A stretch of 64,000 nucleotides of DNA from Bdellovibrionota bacterium FG-1 (GCA_051382295.1 JBBCAW010000004.1:64001-128000); one strand, 5' to 3'; shown: positions 30,394 to 40,548, numbered from the stretch's first letter. The notes: generated from the letters alone by a model not told the origin. Made by a program: numbers and translations.

Positions 30394-32523
30394 ATGGCAA
30401 AAAATGCATGGCTGCGAATAGCTTTAGTCTTGCTGGGCCTCCAAGCGGTTCAAGCTCAAGCGTTTACCTTGATGATTGATCCCAAGAAAGATCAGTTTTG
30501 GCAAAAAGACGCTCTCACCGTTCATGTCGACAGTGCGACCTGTAGCGGCTATCCCAATACGCCTAATATCGTCGATCGGGGCATGGGTTGTTGGAATGGC
30601 GTTCCTACTTCTCGTATCAAGTTTTCTTTGAGCAATGATGAGCATGCGGATGTCGTTATTTTTTGCGGAGATATATCGATTGGGCCGCTCGCTGAAACTC
30701 AAATGGGTTATAGTGGTACGGATCTCGGCGGACCAAAGCGGATAATCCAGGTGGATGTGATCATTGATACGTTGGTTTTGGAGAAAAACGATGACTATGC
30801 GGCCATGATCGCCTGTCATGAATTGGGACATGCATTGGGGTTAGGTCACTCCATGGATTCAGAGGCAGTGATGTATTCTAATCCGACTCCAGTTCATATG
30901 ACGGCGACGCTGGGCCAGGACGATATTGATGCGGCTACTGTTCTTTATCCTCGCAATGAATTGGGAGGGGGACAGATTCCGTTGGGCTGCGCGACTGTGG
31001 AGAAAGTGGGGCGCGGCGGTGGCCGTGGCGGCGGTCAAGGTGGTAACCCCCCTGGAGCGAGCGCAGTGGTCGTCCCATTTTTGATGATGCTGTTGGGGTG
31101 GGGCTTTGTCAGGCGTCGAAAACAGGAAACCGCGCGGGTAGCTTTTGGGATGGTGCTGTGTCTAGGAATGGCTTTTTTGAGCAGTGGCTGTTTAGTGCAG
31201 ACCAATCATGACACCGGTGAAATGGTGAGCGGCACACCGCTTGAGGGGGTCAAATTTTGCGATGGAAGCGGTATTCTGGCTTCTTATCCGTTGCAACCTA
31301 CAGGATTAGAGTCGGGCGTGACCGTCTTGGGGGTCGGCTATTTCACCAATTGTGCTGTCAAACAAGGAAAGCTCTATTGCTGGGGGTTTAACGGTCAAGC
31401 TCAAGCGGGAACTGACAATAAGCACTCCGATTCGATCTGTGAACGGAGTACCTACTGTTACACCCCTCTTGAGGTTAAGGGGATTCCGGGGACGATCACA
31501 CAGATCGCGATTGGCAATACGACGAGCTGCGCGCTTGCGGGTGGTGATGTCTATTGTTGGGGCGGGGCTAATGAGGGGCAGTTGGGGACCAACGATACGG
31601 CTCGAAATCCAGTGCCCCAAAAAGTTCATAATATCAACAGTCAAGCGGTTTCAATTTCGGCAGGCGCTTTTCATATGTGCGCAGCAATGAGTACCGGGGC
31701 TGTTAAATGTTGGGGCGGAAATGTGTTTGGACAGGCCTTGGGTCAGACGGGGTTGTCGACTAAGCGCTGCACGGAATCTGGAGGCGTTTCCACCACGAGC
31801 GGCGTCGAGTGTGTGCCAGAACCCGTGACGGTGCCCGGGATGGAGTCAGGCGCCTTGAGTGTAGCATCGGGAGGGGTTTCCAATTGTTCATTGATGCAGG
31901 ATGGGACGATTAAGTGTTGGGGCTCAAATAATGAAGGCCAACTTGGAAATGGAAATTATTCCGTCAGCTGTGCAATAATCAATTGCGGAAGCGCGGCTAC
32001 TTTGGTTTCGGGTTTGACCTCCGGGGTGAGAGCTTTAGCTTCAGGTTTTTCGCATGTGTGTGCCAAAATGGATTCTGGCGCTTTAAAGTGCTGGGGGCGC
32101 AATGGCTCGGCTTTTCCCAGCGGTGAACTGGGGATTGACCCTGGCTTTAGTACTCAATGTAAGAACATGAAGGATTCGGATGTTTACGATCTTTGTGTGC
32201 CTACTCCGACGGATGTGACAACGCTAGCTGATGTCTCTGTTTCTCTTATTGCCGCCGGGTCTATGGCCTCTTGCGCAGTCCTGACGACGGGAGAAGTGAG
32301 GTGTTGGGGGCAAGCCTTTATTTTTGCCAATGGTTTTTGTCATGACAGTGTGGGCACCCCGATTTATCGCTACAATCCCGTAAAAATAATGAAGTTGCCT
32401 TCAGGGATGCCGACCTCGATCGGGGTGGGCAACGGACATGCCTGTGTTCTGATCGATGGTGGAGTTTGGTGTTGGGGTGGGATGGATACTGGAGAAATTG
32501 GAAGAAAGCCTTTTGGCCCTTAG
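30394..32523 (+). CDS. Matrixin (M10)-like metalloprotease fused to RCC1/BLIP-II repeats
   Basis: HELGHALGLGHS and AVMY Met-turn; repeated (H/S)xCA...VxCWG...GQLG units in the C-terminal part. Confidence 0.8.
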   Translation: MAKNAWLRIALVLLGLQAVQAQAFTLMIDPKKDQFWQKDALTVHVDSATCSGYPNTPNIVDRGMGCWNGVPTSRIKFSLSNDEHADVVIFCGDISIGPLAETQMGYSGTDLGGPKRIIQVDVIIDTLVLEKNDDYAAMIACHELGHALGLGHSMDSEAVMYSNPTPVHMTATLGQDDIDAATVLYPRNELGGGQIPLGCATVEKVGRGGGRGGGQGGNPPGASAVVVPFLMMLLGWGFVRRRKQETARVAFGMVLCLGMAFLSSGCLVQTNHDTGEMVSGTPLEGVKFCDGSGILASYPLQPTGLESGVTVLGVGYFTNCAVKQGKLYCWGFNGQAQAGTDNKHSDSICERSTYCYTPLEVKGIPGTITQIAIGNTTSCALAGGDVYCWGGANEGQLGTNDTARNPVPQKVHNINSQAVSISAGAFHMCAAMSTGAVKCWGGNVFGQALGQTGLSTKRCTESGGVSTTSGVECVPEPVTVPGMESGALSVASGGVSNCSLMQDGTIKCWGSNNEGQLGNGNYSVSCAIINCGSAATLVSGLTSGVRALASGFSHVCAKMDSGALKCWGRNGSAFPSGELGIDPGFSTQCKNMKDSDVYDLCVPTPTDVTTLADVSVSLIAAGSMASCAVLTTGEVRCWGQAFIFANGFCHDSVGTPIYRYNPVKIMKLPSGMPTSIGVGNGHACVLIDGGVWCWGGMDTGEIGRKPFGP

Positions 32524-32524
32524 C

Positions 32525-33325
32525 CTACAAACAGATCGAAAGGGAGATCCCTAATTGACGGATGTTTTGCAGATAAATTCCTCGAATGACGATGGTCTTG
32601 GCAAGGATCAAAGACGCGTTTCCGCCAATGGAAAATGCTCCGGATTTATCCATTTGAAGCCACGGTCCAATATGGAACTGCTGAAAGTGAAAGGCCGGGC
32701 CTCCCGCCAGTTCGAAGCTTCCGGAGTCCAGCGAGTAGGCGCCATCCAGGGAGCCTTCGAGCAGGGGGGAGAAATCGTGGGAAATTCCGCCAGTCAGGCC
32801 AGATATTCCCAGCGTAAGCAGAAAAGGGGTTCCAGATTTTATTCCCAATGCGTAGCGAGTTGCGCTCCGCGATCCCCAGAGTGCTGCGAAGGAAAAGCTA
32901 GAGAAACTGTCAGACTCCATCGAAATACCCAAGGTAGTGTCTTGTCCAAAGCGATAGGAAGAACCCAAAAGTTCGGTATAATTCCCAAGTCGATCGAACC
33001 CAAAAGCCCCCGTCATTCCGAATCGATCACCAGCATAAGAAACTCCAAGGGACTTACTTTCACTTCGTATGTCGGTTTGGGGCGCGGTCAAGACCGCAGT
33101 ATTTGGAAAGGCAAAACGATCTTCAAAATGAAATTTCCATCCTTGTTTAAGGCCGATCCCAGCCGGATGAGTCGTGACGGCATCGAAATACTCGGGATGA
33201 GAAATGCCGCCGCCACTCGAGATGGTGTATTTGTCTCCTTGTTCGGAGTTGGCATAAGCAGAGGTTGTCTGAAGCGAAGTGACACTCAGTATGATTGCCA
33301 AGTAGATCATCGGATGAAAACTCAT
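32525..33325 (-). CDS. Exported, probable beta-barrel protein
   Basis: Signal peptide (AYA); HPA motif then Gly/aromatic beta-strand pattern. Confidence 0.55.
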   Translation of the reverse strand: MSFHPMIYLAIILSVTSLQTTSAYANSEQGDKYTISSGGGISHPEYFDAVTTHPAGIGLKQGWKFHFEDRFAFPNTAVLTAPQTDIRSESKSLGVSYAGDRFGMTGAFGFDRLGNYTELLGSSYRFGQDTTLGISMESDSFSSFSFAALWGSRSATRYALGIKSGTPFLLTLGISGLTGGISHDFSPLLEGSLDGAYSLDSGSFELAGGPAFHFQQFHIGPWLQMDKSGAFSIGGNASLILAKTIVIRGIYLQNIRQLGISLSICL

Positions 33326-33352
33326 AGTTAGAGGATAAACCCAGGAATAAAA

Positions 33353-34306
33353 ATGCGAAACCGAATCTTATTACTCATCCTCATAGGCTCACTCCCGTTG
33401 TTGTTCTGTGGCTGCCCTGAAAAGGCGGCCTTGGTCACGACCCCTACGTTTACTGAGTCGGCGACCGAAGTGGGAGTGGGCGTTCTGTCAGGAACTTTGG
33501 CGGCCACCCACAGTCAGGGGCTTCAGGCGCGTCAAATATCCCCTGGGGTCCTAGACCGCCTCATTTCTAGTGCTTACGCAGATTATGTTGGACCCGCGAT
33601 ATGCCCGACTCTTGCGCGGGGGTTGGCGTGTACGGGTAGTCAAATTGTGGCTACCTGGATACAGTGCTATTTTCCGGATACGTCTGCGCAATGGGAAGGG
33701 GCATTGAAGCTAACTTTCACGGCAGGCGACTGTACCCTGACGCCTCAATCGGCAGCGGTTACAATGCTTCGGGAGTTCCCCACTCGTGAGTTTGATACCA
33801 ATCGTATTTCTGAAAATGGAACGCAGGTTTACTTGAATACCGAGGTCAAAGCGGGGTTTCAGACGCCAGTCTCGGGAGGTATTCAGGTAGTGTCTGACGG
33901 GGCCGGCGGTCGCAAAGTGACTTTTCAGGGAATTCGGATTCGTGGATATCGCAAAGGATTTCTCGACCCTGACCCGCGGGTAGCGCCGCAAAAAGTTTTA
34001 GGGTGGGAATATTCGGTATCTTCCGAGGAATTGGCGATTTCGACCGTAGGAACGACCCAAATTTTGAGTTCTGGAAAAATAAACCTTCAAGAAAATCTAA
34101 CTAAAGCCCAGGCGCAGATCGAGGTTGTCACCCCTATCCAGTGGGCGAAGTATTGTTGTTTTCCAATTGGCGGTAAGGTTTTGACGACCTTTACAGGTGG
34201 AAAGTCAGGAACCGAAACAATGGATTTTTCTGACCTTTGCGGGCACGCCACTTATACGGATCTCAGTGGGGCCACCAGTACTCTAATTTTGAGTCAGTGC
34301 TTATAA
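33353..34306 (+). CDS. Beta-rich hypothetical lipoprotein
   Basis: Lipobox-like FCGC; Thr/Gly-rich; C-terminal CCFPIGG...CG. Confidence 0.65.
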   Translation: MRNRILLLILIGSLPLLFCGCPEKAALVTTPTFTESATEVGVGVLSGTLAATHSQGLQARQISPGVLDRLISSAYADYVGPAICPTLARGLACTGSQIVATWIQCYFPDTSAQWEGALKLTFTAGDCTLTPQSAAVTMLREFPTREFDTNRISENGTQVYLNTEVKAGFQTPVSGGIQVVSDGAGGRKVTFQGIRIRGYRKGFLDPDPRVAPQKVLGWEYSVSSEELAISTVGTTQILSSGKINLQENLTKAQAQIEVVTPIQWAKYCCFPIGGKVLTTFTGGKSGTETMDFSDLCGHATYTDLSGATSTLILSQCL

Positions 34307-34393
34307 AGGTGCGGGGATGCGATCGTCCGATAATTGACGGTATTTAACTTATTAAGCTATTTCGCCTGATCTGCCGACATGTAGTTAGAGACT

Positions 34394-36793
34394 ATGGATA
34401 GAATCCGAGTATCCCTTTATCAAGTCGCGCTTATCTTGCTCTCGCTTTTTCTTGGGGCCTGCAGTAGTCCCGCGTCTTTTGTGGTGACGGGTCAGGCGTC
34501 TGATGCTCCGATCGCGGTCTATGGTTTTGGTGGGCGTATTTTGAATACCTCGACGGATGTCGTATTTACCATTACGAATTCGGGCGACAAAAGTGGAAAA
34601 ATAGCGGCAGGCGAAGTGACAAGCACACCCTTTAGTTTTAAAGGGGGAGCTTATCCTGGAGCGGGTGGAAGTTGCGCCGAGGATTTGGGGGGGGGTGACA
34701 CATGTACTGTTTCATTGACGTTTGCCCCCACTCAATCAGGAGTCTTCACTGGCACCTTTACCCTGAGCTACAATGATGGATCTGGAGATTCGGGTGATCA
34801 GAAAGCGACAGTCAATCTGTTAGGCACGGGGTACAAGGCTTCTTCTTTGCTGATTACCGAGGGTGCAAGCTACGACTTTGGCGAAAAATCTATTTTATCT
34901 TCGACTGATCAAACGATTACAATCACTAATGTTGGCGAGCGGCCTGCGGACCTCATCGCACCAGCTGCCTTGGCCCCGCCTTTTTCGTTTAAATCAGGCA
35001 ATTATCCGGGGGTAGGCGGTACGTGTGCGGACATCCTCGCTGGCGGCAATTCATGCACCATCGTGCTTCATTACTCGCCAACCTCAGGGGGTACCGCCCG
35101 AGGGGTGATGATTTTAAGTTACAATGACGGCGCTCAGCTCCAACAGGTTACCTACACCATGACCGGAGATGCCAAAATTCCGGCGGTTTTGGGTATTTCT
35201 CATTCGCCTAGCGCGGACTATGGCACCCAACCCATCAATGGTTATTATGATTTAACTCTCACCGTGAATAACACGGGGGATTATACTGCGACTGGTTTAA
35301 GTGGTTCGACGTTAACTAATCCTTTCTCTTACAAGAATGGCACCTTTCCGGGCAGTGGCGGTACGTGTGGCGCGACGCTTGCCGGTCGTGCCGGTTGTAC
35401 CGTTGTGATCACTTTTAACCCCCTGACCATCAACAGTTTTACCCGAACTTTTACTCTAAGTTTTAATGATGGTGTTGCTGATCAAACCGTTTCACGCTTT
35501 TTAATTGGTACCGGCGCAGCCGGCTGGACTTGGCTCGCGGGCAGCGGTTCCCCCAATCTCGTGGGGGATTATGGCGTGATGGGGACCGGCGCTTTAACGA
35601 ACCTCCCAGGCAGCCGATCGGGCGCCTATTCTTGGAAAGATTTGAGCGGCAATTTCTGGCTCTTTGGGGGTTACGGCTACGATAGTGTCGGCAGTTTGGG
35701 CAATCTCAACGATCTTTGGAAATACGATGGTACCAACTGGACCTGGGTGGGTGGCAGCCGCTACTATGGGCAACCCGGAGTTTATGGCGTACAGGGCGTC
35801 GCTGCAGGCGCCAATGTTCCCGGCGGCCGTGAGCAGGGTCTCAGTTGGGTTGATTCATCGGGAAATTTTTGGTTATTGGGCGGTTATGGCCACGATGTGG
35901 GGGATAATCTTGGATTTCTCAACGATCTTTGGAAATTTAATGGCACGCAGTGGAAGTGGGTTTCCGGCGGAAGCTCGCGAAATCCCTCCGGGGTTTATGG
36001 CGTCAAAGGCGTAGCCGCGGGCGCCAATGTTCCCGGAGGACGTTCTGCTTCAACCGGATGGATCGATGCCAGTAATAATCTGTGGCTTTTTGGCGGGATT
36101 GGTTATGATACGGCTTCTACCGGCTCGGGTTATTTGAGCGATCTCTGGAAGTTCGACGGTACTAATTGGACCTGGATTTCTGGCACTAATTCGATCGGGT
36201 CGACCGGCACCTATGGCGTGAAGGGCACGCCCGCATCTGGAAATGTACCTGGAGGAAAGTCCGCTGCGGTTTCCTGGGTCGATGGCAGTGGTAATATGTG
36301 GATGTTGGGTGGGCAGGGATACGATACCGCTGGCACGCTTGATTACCTCAACGAACTTTGGAGATTTGACGGCACGAATTGGACTTGGACCGCCGGAAGC
36401 AAGTACGCGGGCCAGGCAGGGGCTTATGGAACGCAAACACAAGCGAGTGCATCGAACTTTCCAGGGGCGCGGAGCGCCTCCGTGGTGTGGAAAGATAGTG
36501 GAAGCAATATTTGGATATTTGGTGGCAGTGGCTATGATTCGGTGGGGATTCGCGGCGATCTGAACGATGTTTGGAAATTCGATGGCACTGCCTGGACATG
36601 GCAAGCCGGCTCGATCACCAGTAATAGCAAAGGGGTTTATGGGGTGCAGAACCATTCCGCCTTTACCAATACGCCGGGCGCGAGAGAGCTTTCAGTGGGA
36701 TGGATCGATTCGCTGGATAATTTGTGGATCTTTGGGGGATTCGGCGTCGGCTCAAATACCGCGGGAGCCCTGAACGATTTCTGGAAATTTTAA
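34394..36793 (+). CDS. Lipoprotein with three Ig-like (choice-of-anchor D/ASH) domains and a six-repeat Kelch-like propeller
   Basis: Lipobox LGAC; three (Y/F)PGxGG(S/T)C...C domains; six WxWxxG...PGxR...WxFGG...DLWKF repeats. Confidence 0.8.
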   Translation: MDRIRVSLYQVALILLSLFLGACSSPASFVVTGQASDAPIAVYGFGGRILNTSTDVVFTITNSGDKSGKIAAGEVTSTPFSFKGGAYPGAGGSCAEDLGGGDTCTVSLTFAPTQSGVFTGTFTLSYNDGSGDSGDQKATVNLLGTGYKASSLLITEGASYDFGEKSILSSTDQTITITNVGERPADLIAPAALAPPFSFKSGNYPGVGGTCADILAGGNSCTIVLHYSPTSGGTARGVMILSYNDGAQLQQVTYTMTGDAKIPAVLGISHSPSADYGTQPINGYYDLTLTVNNTGDYTATGLSGSTLTNPFSYKNGTFPGSGGTCGATLAGRAGCTVVITFNPLTINSFTRTFTLSFNDGVADQTVSRFLIGTGAAGWTWLAGSGSPNLVGDYGVMGTGALTNLPGSRSGAYSWKDLSGNFWLFGGYGYDSVGSLGNLNDLWKYDGTNWTWVGGSRYYGQPGVYGVQGVAAGANVPGGREQGLSWVDSSGNFWLLGGYGHDVGDNLGFLNDLWKFNGTQWKWVSGGSSRNPSGVYGVKGVAAGANVPGGRSASTGWIDASNNLWLFGGIGYDTASTGSGYLSDLWKFDGTNWTWISGTNSIGSTGTYGVKGTPASGNVPGGKSAAVSWVDGSGNMWMLGGQGYDTAGTLDYLNELWRFDGTNWTWTAGSKYAGQAGAYGTQTQASASNFPGARSASVVWKDSGSNIWIFGGSGYDSVGIRGDLNDVWKFDGTAWTWQAGSITSNSKGVYGVQNHSAFTNTPGARELSVGWIDSLDNLWIFGGFGVGSNTAGALNDFWKF
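35524..36790 (+). repeat. Six tandem Kelch-like coding repeats of about 71 aa
   Basis: Recurrent WTW.G, PG.R, W.FGG.G, NDLWKF motifs in translation. Confidence 0.8.
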
Positions 36794-36820
36794 ATACGAT
36801 GGTCTAAATCTGGGAGATCC

Positions 36821-38128
36821 ATGATTGTATCTCAAGATCATCGTCGTTTTGCGTACTATCGAAATACCACCTTCGCTTCCCTGCTGCTTGGCTATGCCAG
36901 TTACTATCTTTGCCGGCAAAATTTAAGCGCGGCGTATGCCCCGATGAAGACGGCCCTCGGAATTTCCACCGTCCAGTTTGGCTCGCTCACCAGTTTTGGT
37001 ACCCTCTTGTATGCTTTTGGCAAGCTCACGACGGGGGCGGTAGCCGATTCGCGTTTTGGGGGCCGTAACTTATTTTTTATAGGGCTTTTTGGTTCTGCCT
37101 TGTTGTCTGTATTTTTTGGTTTGAGTTCCGGAATGGGACTTTTTTTGGCCATTTGGGGCGCTAATCGTTTTTTTCAGTCCATGGGTTGGGGCGGCCTGGT
37201 CAATGTCATGGCGCGGTGGTTTCCGGCGCGTAGCTACGGCACAGCCATGGGATTTATGTCCATTAGCTATCAATTCGGGGGAGTGCTCGCTTCCTTATTT
37301 GCTGGATTGATTCTCGCGCTGGGCGGGGGCTGGCGTGCTCTTTTTATTATCCCGGGGATTGTGTTGCTGATCTTGGGGTTTGTCCTTCAGCCATTTTTGA
37401 AAAACAGCCCCGAAGATGTGGGGGAGTCTCTTCCATCCTTTTCAACCGAAAATCATCCGGCAAAATCCACAGAGGTAGATTGCCTCAGACACGAAGATGA
37501 GCTGACCTATTGGCAGCGCTTCCAAGTTTTACTGGGAGATCGAGCTTTTTTGTTGATGGTCGGGTTGTCGTTCATTCTCACTTTCCTGCGCGAGTGTTTT
37601 AATACGTGGACTCCCACTTTGTTTTCAATGATGGGGGCGAGTGCAAGCGCGGCCGCATTTAAGTCAGCGGTTTTCCCCCTTTTGGGCTGTGTGGGGACGC
37701 TTTTTGCGGGTTGGTTTTCCGATCGTTTTTTTAACGGAAGGCGTGGCCCTGTGATGGCGGGGCTGCTCTTAGGGCTTATTGCTTCACTTTTGGCGTTGAG
37801 TCAGCTGACCTCTTTGGCGGCCTGGATAAACGTGACTCCTTCGCGGTTAGCGACAGGCCTGGTCGCACTCATTGGGTTTTTTCTATTGGGTCCGTACTCC
37901 TTGGTGGGAGGAGTTGTGGCGCTTGATTTTGGCGGACGTAAAACATCGGGTACGGCCGCAGGATTACTCGATGGCGCGGGCTATTTGGCGGCCTCATTAG
38001 CAGGCGTAGGTGTGGCTGAATTTTTGGTTCATGCTGGGTGGAGTCAGGCTTTTGGGATTATGGCCGTTCTTGGCGCTTTGGCGATTGTGCTTTGTGGGTT
38101 GCTCTGGCAGGTGCGTCCGAGGAATTGA
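36821..38128 (+). CDS. MFS transporter, organophosphate:Pi antiporter (GlpT/UhpC-like) family
   Basis: YYLCRQN, YAFGK, FQSMGW, RWF, GWFSDRFF..RR, GTAAG. Confidence 0.88.
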   Translation: MIVSQDHRRFAYYRNTTFASLLLGYASYYLCRQNLSAAYAPMKTALGISTVQFGSLTSFGTLLYAFGKLTTGAVADSRFGGRNLFFIGLFGSALLSVFFGLSSGMGLFLAIWGANRFFQSMGWGGLVNVMARWFPARSYGTAMGFMSISYQFGGVLASLFAGLILALGGGWRALFIIPGIVLLILGFVLQPFLKNSPEDVGESLPSFSTENHPAKSTEVDCLRHEDELTYWQRFQVLLGDRAFLLMVGLSFILTFLRECFNTWTPTLFSMMGASASAAAFKSAVFPLLGCVGTLFAGWFSDRFFNGRRGPVMAGLLLGLIASLLALSQLTSLAAWINVTPSRLATGLVALIGFFLLGPYSLVGGVVALDFGGRKTSGTAAGLLDGAGYLAASLAGVGVAEFLVHAGWSQAFGIMAVLGALAIVLCGLLWQVRPRN

Positions 38129-38192
38129 GACAGCCGTATCTAATATTTGCAGGATATGTTAGTTTGATCCCAACGAAAGCGAGTCTCGATCT

Positions 38193-38363
38193 ATGGAAAC
38201 TGAAATCAAACAACGCCAGTTAGGGAAGAATGAATTTAGATGCTTCCATTGTCGGTCGATTTTTCAGAAAAAAGACGGTGACTGGTTCAACTGGAACAAT
38301 ATGCAGGTTCACCTTTGCCGCACCTGCGCTAGTGTGACTGCCGGTAGTCCTCAGCGCGCATAG
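38193..38363 (+). CDS. 56-aa zinc-ribbon microprotein (not in ORF track)
   Basis: METEIKQRQLGKNEFRCFHCRSIFQKKDGDWFNWNNMQVHLCRTCASVTAGSPQRA*; two CxxC pairs; fits the intergenic gap with no overlap. Confidence 0.65.
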   Translation: METEIKQRQLGKNEFRCFHCRSIFQKKDGDWFNWNNMQVHLCRTCASVTAGSPQRA

Positions 38364-38370
38364 ACCGCAG

Positions 38371-39258
38371 CTAGCGCCAGATTCCTTCAATGGACGTGGC
38401 CGAGGCATCATTTCTTCCAAGACTTCCAAGGCCGAAGGTGTCCTCAACAAGTCTTAAAATACTGTAATGGTTGGTCGGCGTTTGGACTACTGATCCTGGG
38501 ACTACGTTCGGTCCTAAAAACAGGGTATAGATCTGATTCGATTTGCTCGTGTTATCGTCTTCGTCAAAGGTGACGACGACGAGAAGATCTTGCATAAAGG
38601 CAGGGTCTTGAAATTTGGGGCCAAACGCTTTGGCAAACCAAGCGTCGGCAAAGGCCGGTCCTGTATCATGACCATCATTGTTCAAATTGGGGATATAGAG
38701 CGAAAAATCCGGAAGCCCCGTGCTGCTTAAATCCGAAGCGAGCATGGATGCGGGTACGATTCGAGCGCAACGGCTGGGATTTTTTTGAACATTGCTAAAA
38801 CTGATCAACGGAACGTGTTTGCGAGCATAAGGTCCGCTTCGTTTACCCAGAAAACAATTTTCGGGATAGTCTTCCGCGTAAATTTTCCAGGATTTACCCT
38901 TCTTTTCAAGAAGGTCGCCTAAGTGACTTTGATTGAGGGTCACCGGAGAATCATCCTGAACCCCTAAGGTATCTCCCCCAACGAGGGCAATATAATTAGG
39001 TTGCGAGGGGTGTGTTTCGGCGGAAAAGGCTGAAAAAAGGGCGCCTGTCTTCGTCAGACTTGAAAAAAAAGGTTGATTGAGAGTGGTTTGATAGCTCGTG
39101 TTCTCAAAAATGATGACCATTACCTTTTTGAACGAAGGCGCCGAAGCCGGGAGCAATGACTGCGCGGCTCGACAATTCCATCCCAGCGTCAAATAGCAGA
39201 TGCAAATCAACGGTAGGGTTAGCAGCGAGCGAATTGCCATTTTCCGCAGACAAACCAT
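38371..39258 (-). CDS. Phosphoesterase-family (acid phosphatase/PLC-like) secreted enzyme
   Basis: IFEN, THPSQPNY, YARKHVP, NDGHD, TFDED, NHYSILR. Confidence 0.88.
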   Translation of the reverse strand: MVCLRKMAIRSLLTLPLICICYLTLGWNCRAAQSLLPASAPSFKKVMVIIFENTSYQTTLNQPFFSSLTKTGALFSAFSAETHPSQPNYIALVGGDTLGVQDDSPVTLNQSHLGDLLEKKGKSWKIYAEDYPENCFLGKRSGPYARKHVPLISFSNVQKNPSRCARIVPASMLASDLSSTGLPDFSLYIPNLNNDGHDTGPAFADAWFAKAFGPKFQDPAFMQDLLVVVTFDEDDNTSKSNQIYTLFLGPNVVPGSVVQTPTNHYSILRLVEDTFGLGSLGRNDASATSIEGIWR

Positions 39259-39337
39259 AATTCCATTCTCCGCATGAAAAAATGGGCCGGTGTTGCCACC
39301 AGCCCATTTGGAATGAGTAACGATTAAAGAGAGACCC

Positions 39338-40171
39338 TTACAGGGTCACAACCAATGACAGGCCGGTAAAGAATGCATTGGCATCAGCGGCCACGTTCGT
39401 GTCGGTGTTGTCGACCAAAGGGTCACCTGCTTTGATGATCGTTCCGTATTGGTCCGTTGCCTTAATCTGAGAGGCCGACAAGATACGGTATCCGCCTTCG
39501 AGACGCACACCGATGTGTTGAGTTGCGTCGAAGTTGATAAATGCTGCGCCCAAGCCTGTGATAGGCGTAGCACCCCACGTGGCCGTTCCGTTGGGGCGAT
39601 TAGCATCGTTGGATCCGCTAATTTCCATCGAACCACGGTAATTGAAGGCAAACCCACCACCGATGGTGGTGCCTAGGCGCCATTTCGGGGCTACAGGGTA
39701 CATATAGGTTGCGGTCAGCATGGTTGGCATGCCCGAAAGTGTGGCTTGAACATTTCCAGGGACGTTGCCGCCTCTTTTGACTGAATCCGAAGAGGTTGTA
39801 AAATACTCCATCCGAACGCCCATGTAGAATTGGTCTTCGTAAAGAGGAATATCAATCGCTGCACCGCCCGCAAAAGCGTTGCCAATCTTCATGCCCGTGT
39901 TGTTGTCAAAGGTCGTTTGAAGGTAATTGTTCAACGATTTTGGGTTCATCATTTGGTAGGAGCCCATCGGCCGAATCATCACTCCCGCGAGGGGTGCATT
40001 TGAGGTGGGTTGGACTTCAGCAACATGAATAGTTGATGTAGGCTGGGTGTTTGCGGTCGTCGAGGCTGGCGCAGGTGTTGCCGCGGTTTTCCTAGCTTTC
40101 TTATGTGCCGCAAAAGTAGCGGACGACGAAACGAAAGCACACAGTGCCAATAGCGTGAGTATCTTTTTCAT
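39338..40171 (-). CDS. Outer-membrane beta-barrel protein
   Basis: Signal peptide (TFA), Pro/Thr linker, amphipathic strands, terminal GLSLVVTL. Confidence 0.65.
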   Translation of the reverse strand: MKKILTLLALCAFVSSSATFAAHKKARKTAATPAPASTTANTQPTSTIHVAEVQPTSNAPLAGVMIRPMGSYQMMNPKSLNNYLQTTFDNNTGMKIGNAFAGGAAIDIPLYEDQFYMGVRMEYFTTSSDSVKRGGNVPGNVQATLSGMPTMLTATYMYPVAPKWRLGTTIGGGFAFNYRGSMEISGSNDANRPNGTATWGATPITGLGAAFINFDATQHIGVRLEGGYRILSASQIKATDQYGTIIKAGDPLVDNTDTNVAADANAFFTGLSLVVTL

Positions 40172-40182
40172 GAATCGGTCCT

Positions 40183-40470
40183 TTATTTGCTGAAACGGGA
40201 AGGGACTTTGCCGGAAAAATCTTTTCCGGGATGGAGTTTTTTCACGCGGTCGAGGAGCGAAGCTTCCGTGTCCACATGGGCTTCGTCAGGGAGGCAGGCG
40301 TCGACTGGGCAAACTGCAGCACAACGAGGTTCACCGTGGAAGCCCACGCACTCGGTGCAAGAGGTTGTGTTAATTGTAAAAGTATCGTCGCCCATGCTGA
40401 TCGCAGAATTGGGACACTCAGGTTCGCAGGCGCCGCAATTATTGCAATCGGACGTGATTTTGTATGACAT
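40183..40470 (-). CDS. 2[4Fe-4S] ferredoxin, YfhL family
   Basis: [12 protein letters not shown] and [16 protein letters not shown]. Confidence 0.93.
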   Translation of the reverse strand: MSYKITSDCNNCGACEPECPNSAISMGDDTFTINTTSCTECVGFHGEPRCAAVCPVDACLPDEAHVDTEASLLDRVKKLHPGKDFSGKVPSRFSK

Positions 40471-40548
40471 AAGATTTCACTCCCTTACTTGAGGTTAAGG
40501 GATGCTTTTTAGCACCTTTGGGTGCATGGGGCAATGTCGAAGGCTATT

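Noticed and set aside
32555..33331. 258-aa plus-strand ORF
   Set aside because: Fully antisense to the signal-peptide-bearing 32525..33325 gene; no protein-like features
18200..36800. Genomic island or prophage
   Set aside because: No integrase, transposase, phage gene, tRNA or flanking direct repeat seen, and no obvious compositional break
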